64,000 bases of DNA from Accumulibacter sp. (GTDB lineage Bacteria > Pseudomonadota > Gammaproteobacteria > Burkholderiales > Rhodocyclaceae): the NCBI GenBank assembly GCA_031280565.1, contig JAITGN010000131.1:7696-71695 (forward strand). The letters run 5' to 3'. The notes beneath the pieces were generated by a model. That model did no database searches and was not told the origin of the DNA. It was given only the letters and a program-made list of their open reading frames with translations. Positions 48,036-56,820 of the stretch are shown here, in pieces. The translations under genes were made by a program, and so were the position numbers. Each line of letters begins with the position of its first letter. Position 1 is the stretch's first letter.

Positions 48036-49429
48036 ATCGCGTCTCCACGAGATACCGGCGGAGAAGCGAAGGGACGCGTCTTCTGTCCCATCAGCTCATC
48101 GAAATCGACCGGCTGATCGACGACTGTCGCCCGCTCCAGCGCCCACGCGACAACATTGCCCTCGATGACAATCGCCTCGATATCGGCCAGGCGATCCCGC
48201 TGCGCGTAATACCAGTGGACAACCTCTTCCGGCTTTTCATAACTCTGCGCCAGTTCTTCGACTGTAGTCCGAACCTGTTCCTGGCGGGCATTCAGTCCGT
48301 TGTTTCTGACAAGCTCGGCGAGAATCAACCCCAGCCCGACGCGGCGTTTCGCCTTATCGGCAAACCACTCGGGCTTTACCGGCAAGTTCCTGACCTGAGC
48401 GCCGCCGCGTCGTTCCAGGTCTTCAATGGCCGCCTGCATCAATCCCTGCGTTTCCATTTCGATCAGGGCATTCGGAATATCGAGCGGCGTCGCCTTGAGC
48501 AGCGCGTCCATCACTTGTTCCTTGGTGCGTTCCTGCAAACGTTTCTTGACCTCGCGCTTCAAATTGGCCTCGATTTCCGCGCGCATCGCATTGACATCAC
48601 CATTGCCGATGCCCAGCGCTTTCGCGAACGCGTCATCAAGTTCCGGCAACACCGGCTGGCGCGTTTCCTTGAGCGTGATATCGAAAGTCACCGTTTGACC
48701 TTCCAGCTCTTTCGCAAAATACTTTTCGGGGAAAGTAATTTCGGAAGAGCGTATTTCCCCTGCCTTCAGGCCAATCATCGCTTTTTCGAATTCCGGAAGC
48801 ATCGCTCCTTCACCGACGATGAATACCGCGTCTTTCGATTCACCGCCCGGGAAAGGCTCGCCATTCTTCTTGCCGAAGAAATCGATCTTCACTTGATCGC
48901 CCATCTGAACCGGACGGTCGGCAAGATCGTAGCGGATACGCTGCTTGCGCAGGATTTCCAGGGTTTTATCCACCTCGGCCTGTCCGATTTCCAGCACGGG
49001 ACGGGATATCTCGATGCCCGTCAAATCCCCCGGCTTGACCTCTGGAAAGACCTCAAAGACAGCGGAAAATTCAAGATGCGCCGGATTTTCGGCGTCACCC
49101 GTTTCTTTCCGGGCGATTTTCGGATACCCCGCCACGCGGAGATTTTGCGCGTTTACCGCCTCGCCGAAAGCTTTCTCAAGCGCGGCGTTTAATGCCTCAT
49201 GATGCGCCTGCTCTCCATACTGCTGACGCACGATTTTTTCCGGCACTTTGCCGGGCCGGAATCCCGGCAATTTCAGTGTTTTTCCAATGCGTTTCAGGCG
49301 CAGGACGATATCCTTTTCAAGATCGTCGCTAGCCACCGAAAGGTCAATGCAGCGCTCGAGAGCGCTGGGCGTTCGCGCTTCCGGCAGCGTCCCGGTTTTA
49401 TCATTCTCCGTCAGCTTTGTTTCTTCCAT
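48032..49429 (-). CDS. tig: trigger factor
   Basis: [17 protein letters not shown] ribosome-binding region and a central FKBP-like domain. It sits upstream of clpP. Confidence 0.9.
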   Translation of the reverse strand: MEETKLTENDKTGTLPEARTPSALERCIDLSVASDDLEKDIVLRLKRIGKTLKLPGFRPGKVPEKIVRQQYGEQAHHEALNAALEKAFGEAVNAQNLRVAGYPKIARKETGDAENPAHLEFSAVFEVFPEVKPGDLTGIEISRPVLEIGQAEVDKTLEILRKQRIRYDLADRPVQMGDQVKIDFFGKKNGEPFPGGESKDAVFIVGEGAMLPEFEKAMIGLKAGEIRSSEITFPEKYFAKELEGQTVTFDITLKETRQPVLPELDDAFAKALGIGNGDVNAMRAEIEANLKREVKKRLQERTKEQVMDALLKATPLDIPNALIEMETQGLMQAAIEDLERRGGAQVRNLPVKPEWFADKAKRRVGLGLILAELVRNNGLNARQEQVRTTVEELAQSYEKPEEVVHWYYAQRDRLADIEAIVIEGNVVAWALERATVVDQPVDFDELMGQKTRPFASPPVSRGDAI

Positions 49430-49492
49430 TGAAAATCCTTGAATGTTTTAAATGATTCGGGCTGTCGGTCCAGCAAGCGCCAAACAGTTCTC

Positions 49493-49577
49493 TGGTGCGA
49501 GAGAAGGGACTCGAACCCCCACGCCTCGCGGCGCTGGAACCTAAATCCAGTGCGTCTACCTATTCCGCCACTCTCGC
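49493..49577 (-). tRNA. tRNA-Leu (anticodon TAG)
   Basis: Reverse complement GCGAGAGTGGCGGAATAGGTAG...CTGGATTTAGGTTCCAG, a long variable arm, then GGTTCGAGTCCCTTCTCTCGCACCA. Confidence 0.9.
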
Positions 49578-49623
49578 AGCCAATCCGCAATTTTAACTGA
49601 AGACGAAGGCCGGATTATACCTT

Positions 49624-50430
49624 TTGTCCGGAACAGGGTTGCGAAATGCCTTAAAAACAAGGCACGTCCAAGGAAACAACGCCAGCCCCGCGTCCGTTCC
49701 GCAAAGTCTGGAGGAATTCATCGCGGCGGGCCGGAAGATTACGGAAAGCCTGCCGGAAGAGCCCGGAGCGCTCTACGGGGAACTCACCCAACGCTTGCGC
49801 GACGACGTGGGAACGGGTCTGGAAGCTACGGTGTCAAGCAAAGGCGCGGGGGCCGTACTGGTGCGGGCCGCGTCTGCCCAGTATCCGCGCGCCTGGGTCG
49901 AAGCGGCCAATGCGTTCGGGCCGTTATACGCGCGGCTGACGGGCGCGAATGGTCGCGGCTGGCATACAAGCATCAGCGATCCGGCCCTGATTGGAAAAAC
50001 GACCCGGCTTTCGGACTTCGGCGTAGTCACCATCAGGAAAAACGCCGGTTATCTTGCGGTTCGGTGGGAGGATATTCCCAACGCGATCCACGAATACGCG
50101 CACCGGCTGCAAAGCGCACTGCCGGGCCTTCAGGCGAAATTCATGGAAATGCACCGGCGGCGGACGCGGGGCGAAGCCTTGCAAAGCCTGAAGGTGCTGG
50201 AACCAAAATCCCGCTATAGGCACGATGAAATGACGCGAAAGGATCATTACATTGAGGCTTACTGGGGCAAGGAGTATGATGGTACACCGCTGGAAGTCAT
50301 GACAATGGCGATGCAAACCATGCTCTCCGGAAGGCGTTGGGAGAAGGGCCGTTTGTTCCGAAAACTTTATACTGAGGATCGGGAAATGTTCGATTTCATT
50401 GTGGGATTGTTGTTCCACTGGAGACCGTGA
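49624..50430 (+). CDS. HExxH-motif protein (possible zincin-like domain; possibly the C-terminal part of a larger phage protein)
   Basis: 268-aa ORF with a TTG start. HEYAH is at 50089-50103. The first about 15 codons overlap a GCCTTAAAAACA box-X-like sequence, so the true 5' end is uncertain. Confidence 0.5.
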   Translation: MSGTGLRNALKTRHVQGNNASPASVPQSLEEFIAAGRKITESLPEEPGALYGELTQRLRDDVGTGLEATVSSKGAGAVLVRAASAQYPRAWVEAANAFGPLYARLTGANGRGWHTSISDPALIGKTTRLSDFGVVTIRKNAGYLAVRWEDIPNAIHEYAHRLQSALPGLQAKFMEMHRRRTRGEALQSLKVLEPKSRYRHDEMTRKDHYIEAYWGKEYDGTPLEVMTMAMQTMLSGRRWEKGRLFRKLYTEDREMFDFIVGLLFHWRP

Positions 50431-50762
50431 CCGTGTTACATCATTTCGACTGTGCTCCGACCTCGGGGAACCCGAAAGCTCAATCCCTTGTCTTTGATTG
50501 GGACGATGAGACCGGGGAGATTTCCGGCCGGGATGTTGCCCATGTGCACGAATGTTTTGAAGGCAAAACCATTTCGGCGCACCCGATGCCGTGTTCATGG
50601 ACATTGACCTCGCCCAAAAACCGGACGGACATCGCCGCGATTGTCGGGAGACACTGGCATCTCCCGCCCGAACTCGCCGATTTTTATCCGGAACTGGGCG
50701 ACGATTGGGACGGCGTTATCCGCGACGAGGCAGGCAACGTCATTGGGCACGCCCAATTCTGA
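50427..50762 (+). CDS. small acidic protein coupled to the HExxH ORF (immunity-like by position)
   Basis: 111 aa. GTGA overlap with the upstream stop, and its own stop overlaps the gpG-like ATG (TGATG). Confidence 0.45.
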   Translation: MTVLHHFDCAPTSGNPKAQSLVFDWDDETGEISGRDVAHVHECFEGKTISAHPMPCSWTLTSPKNRTDIAAIVGRHWHLPPELADFYPELGDDWDGVIRDEAGNVIGHAQF

Positions 50763-50842
50763 TGATCGAAATCAAGGCCGACACTCAAAAAGTCACCGCC
50801 GCGCTGGGGCGCTTGGCGGAGGGCGTATGGACACCGCGTTGA
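50762..50842 (+). pseudogene. gpG-like virion morphogenesis gene, 5' fragment 1 (26 codons)
   Basis: MIEIKADTQKVTAALGRLAEGV then a stop. It is identical to copy 3 over the first about 44 nt apart from the start codon. Confidence 0.6.
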
Positions 50843-51071
50843 CCGGATCATCGGGAAAAGTAAAAAAAGAGGGTACGCCAGCGCAGAACCAGCCTTTGTC
50901 GAGGCCATAGAAAAGGACAAAAAGTCGCTGATCGCCGCGGGGGGGCATGGGCGCGAGGGCAAGCCCACCACCGCGCGCCGCGACCAGCTCAAAGCCGCCG
51001 ACGAGAGGTCAAGCAAAGAATTTCTGGCTGCGACAGACAAAGAAAGCTGGCTGGCCGCGCGTTACAAGGCC

Positions 51072-51509
51072 GTGGGGCTGGATTACGCACAAGCGCGGGA
51101 AGCTGTCGAAAAACACGCTGTTTTTCCGCACACATTGCAAGGCGTCGCCAAGGCAGACCGCTACCGCCGGATCGTTGTCGCCATCGAAAACAGAGACGCC
51201 CAGAGCATGATGGACGCCTTGATGGGCAAAATAGAAAATCGCAAGGAACGAGTTGAGAACTTTAACAAAGGCCAACTCGTCAACCTGTCCGACCTGTTCG
51301 GCAGTGTGACATCGAACAAGGTTGCCGGTTGGAATAAAAGCGGCGCTGGCCACTCGGATTCGTATTATCGCCGTGGGCGATTTATGCGGGGACTGGAAAC
51401 CTTTGCCGATCTCTTTGACATTCATGGTGGAAATGATTTATTTTGGCGAGATATCGTCGAACGCCTGATGCCTGAAACGAGCCGGGCTTTTTGGGAGCTG
51501 CTGAAATGA
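51072..51509 (+). CDS. hypothetical protein; the frame is open from 50766 without a start codon (possible orphan C-terminal module)
   Basis: The listed ORF starts at the GTG at 51072. The same frame reads through from 50766 (..YASAEPAFVEAIEKDKKSLIAAGGHGREGKPTTARRDQLKAADERSSKEFLAATDKESWLAARYKA-VGLDY..) with coding-like composition. Confidence 0.4.
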   Translation: MGLDYAQAREAVEKHAVFPHTLQGVAKADRYRRIVVAIENRDAQSMMDALMGKIENRKERVENFNKGQLVNLSDLFGSVTSNKVAGWNKSGAGHSDSYYRRGRFMRGLETFADLFDIHGGNDLFWRDIVERLMPETSRAFWELLK

Positions 51510-51742
51510 TTTCAAAAGAACGTATTGCGGCGGAAGTGGATTACTGCGAAAAGTTCAACGTTTCGCCACCTTTTACTTGGGCTGGGCTGGCCATTCCGGA
51601 TGAGGTCATGATCCCGGCACTTCGAAACGCAATCGCGCGGGGGCGCGCACTTAGCGAATCGGAAGGGAACCAGATTGAGCATGAGCTTTGGCCTGACACC
51701 TTTAACGCGGACGGCAGTACGGTAGGTGGCATCCTGGTCTGA
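51506..51742 (+). CDS. small protein coupled to the preceding frame (immunity-like by position)
   Basis: 78 aa from MISKERIAAEV. ATGA overlap with the upstream stop. Its stop lies 2 nt before gpG-like copy 2. Confidence 0.4.
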   Translation: MISKERIAAEVDYCEKFNVSPPFTWAGLAIPDEVMIPALRNAIARGRALSESEGNQIEHELWPDTFNADGSTVGGILV

Positions 51743-51744
51743 CC

Positions 51745-51837
51745 ATGATCGAAATCAAGGCCGAAACCGAGAAAGTCACCGCCGCGCTTGAGCGCTTGGC
51801 GGAGGGCGTGAGTCCCAGCCACGGCATCGCGCATTAA
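51745..51837 (+). pseudogene. gpG-like virion morphogenesis gene, 5' fragment 2 (30 codons)
   Basis: MIEIKAETEKVTAALERLAEGV, then divergence and a stop. Confidence 0.6.
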
Positions 51838-51921
51838 TGCTGCTCTGGCCTTCCCGGCCAGCTTTGAGGTGGTTCGCGCTGTCATGGCCGCATTCGGAAA
51901 TAAGAGGGCGAAGAGGACACG

Positions 51922-52182
51922 ATGAAACTATTCATGTCAGTATTGACCGATGGCTCAATTCGGTTCCGAAGTCGGCTTGAACTCCCCTACTATAGCGGCT
52001 CTCTCATTCTGGAAAGCCCTCCAGGGAAGTCGTTTTGCGGCCTCCCTTATTCCGAGGCAATCCAGTATGCATGGATTGAGACGGATGATGAGGGGAGTTT
52101 TATTTGTGGCGAAAAGCAACGGCCGCGCGATCCGGACACGCCATTTGAAAATCCCCCGTTTTTGCGGCAAGAAAAGCCGTGA
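51922..52182 (+). CDS. small hypothetical protein directly upstream of gpG-like copy 3
   Basis: 86 aa with an AAGAGG-type RBS upstream. GTGA overlap with the gpG-like start. Confidence 0.4.
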   Translation: MKLFMSVLTDGSIRFRSRLELPYYSGSLILESPPGKSFCGLPYSEAIQYAWIETDDEGSFICGEKQRPRDPDTPFENPPFLRQEKP

Positions 52183-52478
52183 TCGAAATCAAGGCCGACA
52201 CTCAAAAAGTCACCGCCGCGCTTGAGCGTCTGGCGGACGGGGCGACTCCGGCAGGAATCAAAACGACGCTGATGAAAATTGGGCAGGAACTAGTGGAATC
52301 AACCCATGCGCGCTTTGTTTCCAAGACCAGTCCGGACGGAACGCGCTGGGATGCGAACGCGCCCGCGACGCAAAAGCTCAAGGGACGTGATAATCCGCTG
52401 GTGGAGACGGGAGGGGGTCGAGGGACTTTAGTTATCAGGTGGAAGGTGAAATTAAAAACACGCCTCCCCGTTTCATAA
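52179..52478 (+). pseudogene. gpG-like phage virion morphogenesis protein, N-terminal about 80 codons, 3'-truncated
   Basis: MIEIKADTQKVTAALERLADGATPAGIKTTLMKIGQELVESTHARFVSKTSPDGTRWDANAPATQKLKGRDNPLVETG fits the Mu G / tail-completion S family pattern. Similarity ends near 52415, where the AT-rich element begins. Confidence 0.6.
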
Positions 52479-52730
52479 TATAAACAAACGTTTTCCAAGC
52501 ATTTTATTCGAAAATCAAATGCAATATCCGTTAAGAACGTCATCAGCTATTTTATAGATCGCCATAATTCGGCCTGTTTTAACAGTAAAATCGCTTGAGA
52601 ACGTTTGTCAGTTTTCGTGCTATAACGATTTCTTTTGAAAATTTTCGTAACTATCAAGAAATCATGGGTGTTTCATTGAAACGATTCTGGAATAATTTCG
52701 CGTTTTCAGATTTTTTAAAAAATGCCCTGT
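52440..52730 (+). repeat. AT-rich element copy E
   Basis: Box X copies start at 52488 (reverse), 52529 and 52593. Box Y GATTCTGGAATAATTT is at 52683-52698. Confidence 0.6.
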
Positions 52731-53450
52731 CTATACGCGACGGGGTGGTGATTCCCGAAAATAGCGCGTCGGATCGGGGATTCCGGCACTCAAGAAACCT
52801 TCCCGTCGCAGACGGCAGGAATCGCAAACGCCGCACGCGCGGCCATCGGCGTCGGCCCGGTAACACGAGAGCGTTATTCCGTAGTCGACGCCCAGCGCTT
52901 TGCCACGGGAGATGATTTCGGCTTTCGAGAGCTTGATCAACGGCGCGTGAATCGTCATCCGGTTGCCTTCGACCCCTGTTTTTGTCGCAAGATTGGCCAG
53001 TTTTTCAAACGCTGCGACATATTCCGGACGGCAATCCGGATAGCCGGAATAATCGACAGCGTTGACGCCGATGAAAATGTCACGGCTTTCCAGAGTTTCC
53101 GCCCAGGCCAGCGCCAATGAGAGCATGATTGTGTTGCGCGCGGGAACGTATGTCGCCGGAATTCCCGGACGGATGCCTTCTGTTGGAACATCAATCGCGT
53201 CATCGGTCAGAGCCGATCCGCCAAAATCCCTCAGAGACAGGCGGAAAATCCGGTGTTCCCGGGCGTCCAGCATCCGGGCGACACGAACCGCCGCGTCGAG
53301 TTCAACTCGATGGCGCTGACCGTAGTCCAGCGAGAGGCAATGACAGTCGAAACCGGTTTCGCGGGCAATAGCCAGCGCGGTGGCTGAATCGAGTCCGCCG
53401 GAAAGCAGAATTACGGCGCGCGGACGATGGAATGAAAGGCTTGTAGTCAT
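52731..53450 (-). CDS. queC: 7-cyano-7-deazaguanine synthase
   Basis: PP-loop [10 protein letters not shown] and C-terminal zinc-binding Cys cluster [10 protein letters not shown]. Confidence 0.9.
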   Translation of the reverse strand: MTTSLSFHRPRAVILLSGGLDSATALAIARETGFDCHCLSLDYGQRHRVELDAAVRVARMLDAREHRIFRLSLRDFGGSALTDDAIDVPTEGIRPGIPATYVPARNTIMLSLALAWAETLESRDIFIGVNAVDYSGYPDCRPEYVAAFEKLANLATKTGVEGNRMTIHAPLIKLSKAEIISRGKALGVDYGITLSCYRADADGRACGVCDSCRLRREGFLSAGIPDPTRYFRESPPRRV

Positions 53451-53492
53451 TTTGAGGGCATGGTTTTTTCAATTACAACGCCGGCAAAGCGC

Positions 53493-54128
53493 TCATTTTC
53501 CACGTTCACCCGGCCAAAGCGCTTTGTGCATCTGGATCTGGAAACGGACAGGCAAACGGTCTTCGAGAATCCAGTCCGCCAGACAATGCGCCGGAAGCCT
53601 TCCGTCTACCGCCGAAAAAAGCACGGCGCAACGCGCGTCAAGCCGATATTCAGTGAGCGTTTCCCGCGCCCATTCGTAATCGGCGCGACTGGCAAGAACG
53701 AATTTCATTTCATCGCGTACCGTGAGCCGTTCAAGGTTCGAGCGGCGGGTTTTTTCGGATTCGCCCGAGTCCGGCGCTTTAAAATCGACGATCCGCGAAA
53801 CGCGTGAATCAACACCCGCAATATCGAAAGCACCGGATGTTTCCAGCGAGACATCGTATCCCGCATCGCACAGGGCAGTCAGCAGAAAAAGACATTCCGC
53901 TTGGGCGAGCGGTTCGCCTCCGGTCACGCAAACGAAATGCGCCGAATACGCCGCCACGCGCTGAAGAATGTCGGCGACACTCATACGCGCGCCTCCCGAG
54001 AAGGCATGCGGCGTATCGCACCAGACACAGCGCAGGGGACACCCCGCGAGACGGATAAACGCCGTCGGCAGGCCCGCGCGAGTTGATTCGCCTTGCAGGG
54101 AATAGAAAATCTCGCTGATTTTCAGCAT
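53493..54128 (-). CDS. queE: 7-carboxy-7-deazaguanine synthase (radical SAM)
   Basis: ISEIFYSLQGESTRAGLPTAFIRLAGCPLRCVWCDT. Confidence 0.9.
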   Translation of the reverse strand: MLKISEIFYSLQGESTRAGLPTAFIRLAGCPLRCVWCDTPHAFSGGARMSVADILQRVAAYSAHFVCVTGGEPLAQAECLFLLTALCDAGYDVSLETSGAFDIAGVDSRVSRIVDFKAPDSGESEKTRRSNLERLTVRDEMKFVLASRADYEWARETLTEYRLDARCAVLFSAVDGRLPAHCLADWILEDRLPVRFQIQMHKALWPGERGK

Positions 54129-54155
54129 CGCGCCACGTCGAGAAACGTCCCCCGG

Positions 54156-54902
54156 CTATTTTTTCAGGCGCTGTTTCGCGGTCGCCGCCGCTGCGCTGGA
54201 TGGGTACTGTTTCAACACCATTTCAAACGTTTCCCTGGAGGTCTTCGTGTCCCCCAGTTCCTGCTGGCAAGCGGCGACGCTGACCATGGCGTCGGGCGAT
54301 TTGGCATGCCGCGGCCATTGCACGAGAAATTGCTTGTATACCTCGATGGCTTTTTTACAGTCGCGCAGAGCGTAATGCGCGTTGCCAAGCCAATATCGCG
54401 CATTCGGAACCAGCGAGCTGTCAGGATAGCGCTGGCTGAAGGATTCAAGCGCGCTTACAGCGTCTTTCAGCTTGCCGTTCTTGAAAAGATTCAGCGCCAT
54501 TTCATAGTCGTGCGGCTCGGATGGCGCGCCCCCCCCTTTTCCCGCGCCGGAGGACGATTGAGACTGCGCGGCGGTTTGCGGCTCGAATCTGCGAAGACGC
54601 GTATCAAGATCAATGTAGAAATCCTGTTGGCGCTTTTTTTCGCTTTCCAGCTCGAATGACAGCAATTCAACCTGTCCGCGCAATTGGGCATTTTCTTCGC
54701 GCAGTGTCTGAACCTGGGTAACCAGGTCGAACTGTGTTTTTGTCATTGTATCGACCCATTCGTCCAGTTTTTTCGTCAGTTTCTGAACCTGTCCGCGCGC
54801 TTCGTCGTCGTCGAACAAGCCTGCCCGGACATCGGATGCGCAAAACATGACGAAAAAAACAAGACCCGCCGTCAAAACCGAAGGGAGGCGATGCCGCGGC
54901 AT
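54156..54902 (-). CDS. cpoB: cell division coordinator CpoB (YbgF)
   Basis: Signal peptide, a coiled-coil N-domain and a TPR C-domain. It lies directly downstream of pal. Confidence 0.8.
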   Translation of the reverse strand: MPRHRLPSVLTAGLVFFVMFCASDVRAGLFDDDEARGQVQKLTKKLDEWVDTMTKTQFDLVTQVQTLREENAQLRGQVELLSFELESEKKRQQDFYIDLDTRLRRFEPQTAAQSQSSSGAGKGGGAPSEPHDYEMALNLFKNGKLKDAVSALESFSQRYPDSSLVPNARYWLGNAHYALRDCKKAIEVYKQFLVQWPRHAKSPDAMVSVAACQQELGDTKTSRETFEMVLKQYPSSAAAATAKQRLKK

Positions 54903-54905
54903 ATC

Positions 54906-55412
54906 TCAAAACTCCCCGTTGTAAAGGATGTCGCCGCGACGGTTTTCGGCCCAGGCTATTTCGTCGTGCCCTTCGTTTTTCGGCTTTTCCTCGCCGAGGC
55001 TGACCGCCTCAATCTGATCTTCGTGAACACCGAGCACAGTGAGAACTTTGCGAACCGCATCGGCGCGTTTCTGCCCAAGCGCCAGATTGTATTCACGGCT
55101 GCCGCGCTCATCGGTATTTCCCTGAATCAGGATTTTAAAGTGGCGGTTCGCGACCAGGAATTTTGCATGCGCCATGACGACAGGCTGATATTCCCTTTTG
55201 ACTTCAAAACTGTCGTAATCGAAATAAACGCTGCGTTGCGAGAGTATGTTTCTTGGATCTCTCAGCTCATAGGGCAAATCCATGCCCTCGATCGTGTCTG
55301 CTGTCACAGTGGAGACACGTCCTTCAACCGGCGCGCCGGGCTGTTCGGGGCCGTCGGACGTCGTTGTGCATCCGGCGAGCAACAGGATCAATAAAATGGA
55401 AATGGTTTTCAT
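54906..55412 (-). CDS. pal: peptidoglycan-associated lipoprotein
   Basis: Lipobox LLAGC and an OmpA-like C-terminal domain (GNTDERGSREYNLALGQKRA). Confidence 0.9.
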   Translation of the reverse strand: MKTISILLILLLAGCTTTSDGPEQPGAPVEGRVSTVTADTIEGMDLPYELRDPRNILSQRSVYFDYDSFEVKREYQPVVMAHAKFLVANRHFKILIQGNTDERGSREYNLALGQKRADAVRKVLTVLGVHEDQIEAVSLGEEKPKNEGHDEIAWAENRRGDILYNGEF

Positions 55413-55441
55413 GCGAAATTCTCCTGCGAATTGGGTTTTAA

Positions 55442-56740
55442 TCAGCGATTAAACGGCCCCCAGGCCGGCTCACGAACATCGGCCGCTGATATGGAAAGCC
55501 GCTGTCTGACACCGCCGTCGACCGATACAGCGGAAAGAACGCCGCGGCCGCGTATTTCGGTAGCGATTAAAATCATGCGGCCATTGGGTGAAAAAGAAGG
55601 CGATTCATCCTTGCCTGAATCGGTCAGAATCCGTACCTGACCGTCTTCAAGGCCCATGATGGCAAGCCGGAAACCGCCTTCTCCGCGCGTAATGAAAGCC
55701 AGGTTTTTCCCGTCAGGGGAAATGCGCGGCGATACGTTGTAGCTGCCCTGAAAGGTGACCCGCCGCGTTTCGCCTCCATTGACGTTGGTGCGGTAGATTT
55801 GTGGACTGCCTCCCCGATCGGACGTGAAATACAAAAACTGGCCATCGGGCGAAAAAAACGGTTCGGTGTTGATGCTGTTCGCCGCGCTGACCCGCCGCGC
55901 TCCCGATCCGTCTGCGTTGATAGTGAAAATTTGCGACCCGCCTTCTTTCGAGAGGACGACTGCCAGTTTCGTTCCATCGGGCGACCAGGCAGGCGCCGAG
56001 TTCGATCCTTTGAAATTGGCAACCGCGCTGCGCTTTCCCGAAGCGAGCGAATGAACGTAAACCACGGGTTTCCGGCTTTCAAACGAAACATACGCCAGGC
56101 GCGTCCCGTCGGGCGACCAGGCGGGCGAGATGATCGGTTCTTTCGAGCGCAACGCGACCTGTTCGTTTTGTCCGTCCGCGTCGGCGACATGCAACTCGTA
56201 ACTCTTTGAACCGTTCTTGACAACAAACGCGACACGCGTCGAAAACGTGCCGGGAACTCCGAGCAGTTTTTCATGAATGGCATCTGCAATACGATGTCCG
56301 GCGAGACGCAACATCGGCATTGAGGAAGTGATGAATGCCGAACCGGCCAGCGCGGTTCCCTTGTTGATGTCGTACAGGCGGAAGCGCGTCTCCCGCCGTC
56401 CGTCACCGGCTGGATTGACGCTGCCCGCGGCCAACGCGTCCACGCCGCGAAATTTCCAGTCGGCGTATCTGGGTGTCGCGGATTCATCCATCGAAACGCC
56501 CGAAGCGTAAATCAACTCGAAAATGCCTGTGCGTTCGAGGTCTCCCCGAATGACGGAGACGAGCAGACGCGACGCGTCGGGATCGCCCGCGAAATCGGTG
56601 ATAGCGATTGGAAAACGTCTTGCGCCGGCCCCTTCAATGTCGATAACCAGCTCGGCGCGCGCCGGCAAGACGAACAAGGCAACGCAACAGACGGCCAGTC
56701 CGATCAGCCCGCGCGCTCTGTATAAGAAAAATCGTCGCAT
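55442..56740 (-). CDS. tolB: Tol-Pal system beta-propeller protein TolB
   Basis: Repeated (P)AWSPDG / FSPDG propeller motifs; 432 aa. Confidence 0.9.
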   Translation of the reverse strand: MRRFFLYRARGLIGLAVCCVALFVLPARAELVIDIEGAGARRFPIAITDFAGDPDASRLLVSVIRGDLERTGIFELIYASGVSMDESATPRYADWKFRGVDALAAGSVNPAGDGRRETRFRLYDINKGTALAGSAFITSSMPMLRLAGHRIADAIHEKLLGVPGTFSTRVAFVVKNGSKSYELHVADADGQNEQVALRSKEPIISPAWSPDGTRLAYVSFESRKPVVYVHSLASGKRSAVANFKGSNSAPAWSPDGTKLAVVLSKEGGSQIFTINADGSGARRVSAANSINTEPFFSPDGQFLYFTSDRGGSPQIYRTNVNGGETRRVTFQGSYNVSPRISPDGKNLAFITRGEGGFRLAIMGLEDGQVRILTDSGKDESPSFSPNGRMILIATEIRGRGVLSAVSVDGGVRQRLSISAADVREPAWGPFNR

Positions 56741-56820
56741 GAGAAAACGTTAAAAACCGGTCAGGTTTTCTATTATAGCGGCTCGGCGCGCAAAGGGCGC
56801 GCCGCTTTGACGCGAACGCC

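Larger units (their letters stand above)
49580..52480 (+). mobile_element. degenerate Mu-like prophage head-module remnant organised as three tandem cassettes
   Basis: There are three co-oriented copies of the 5' end of a gpG-like virion morphogenesis gene (starts 50762, 51745, 52179). I see no integrase, transposase, portal or capsid genes. The region is bounded by tRNA-Leu and an AT-rich element. Confidence 0.55.

Noticed and set aside
52595-52915. 106-aa + strand ORF starting in AT-rich element E
   Set aside because: It starts in the repeat element and continues antisense to queC. No family signature.
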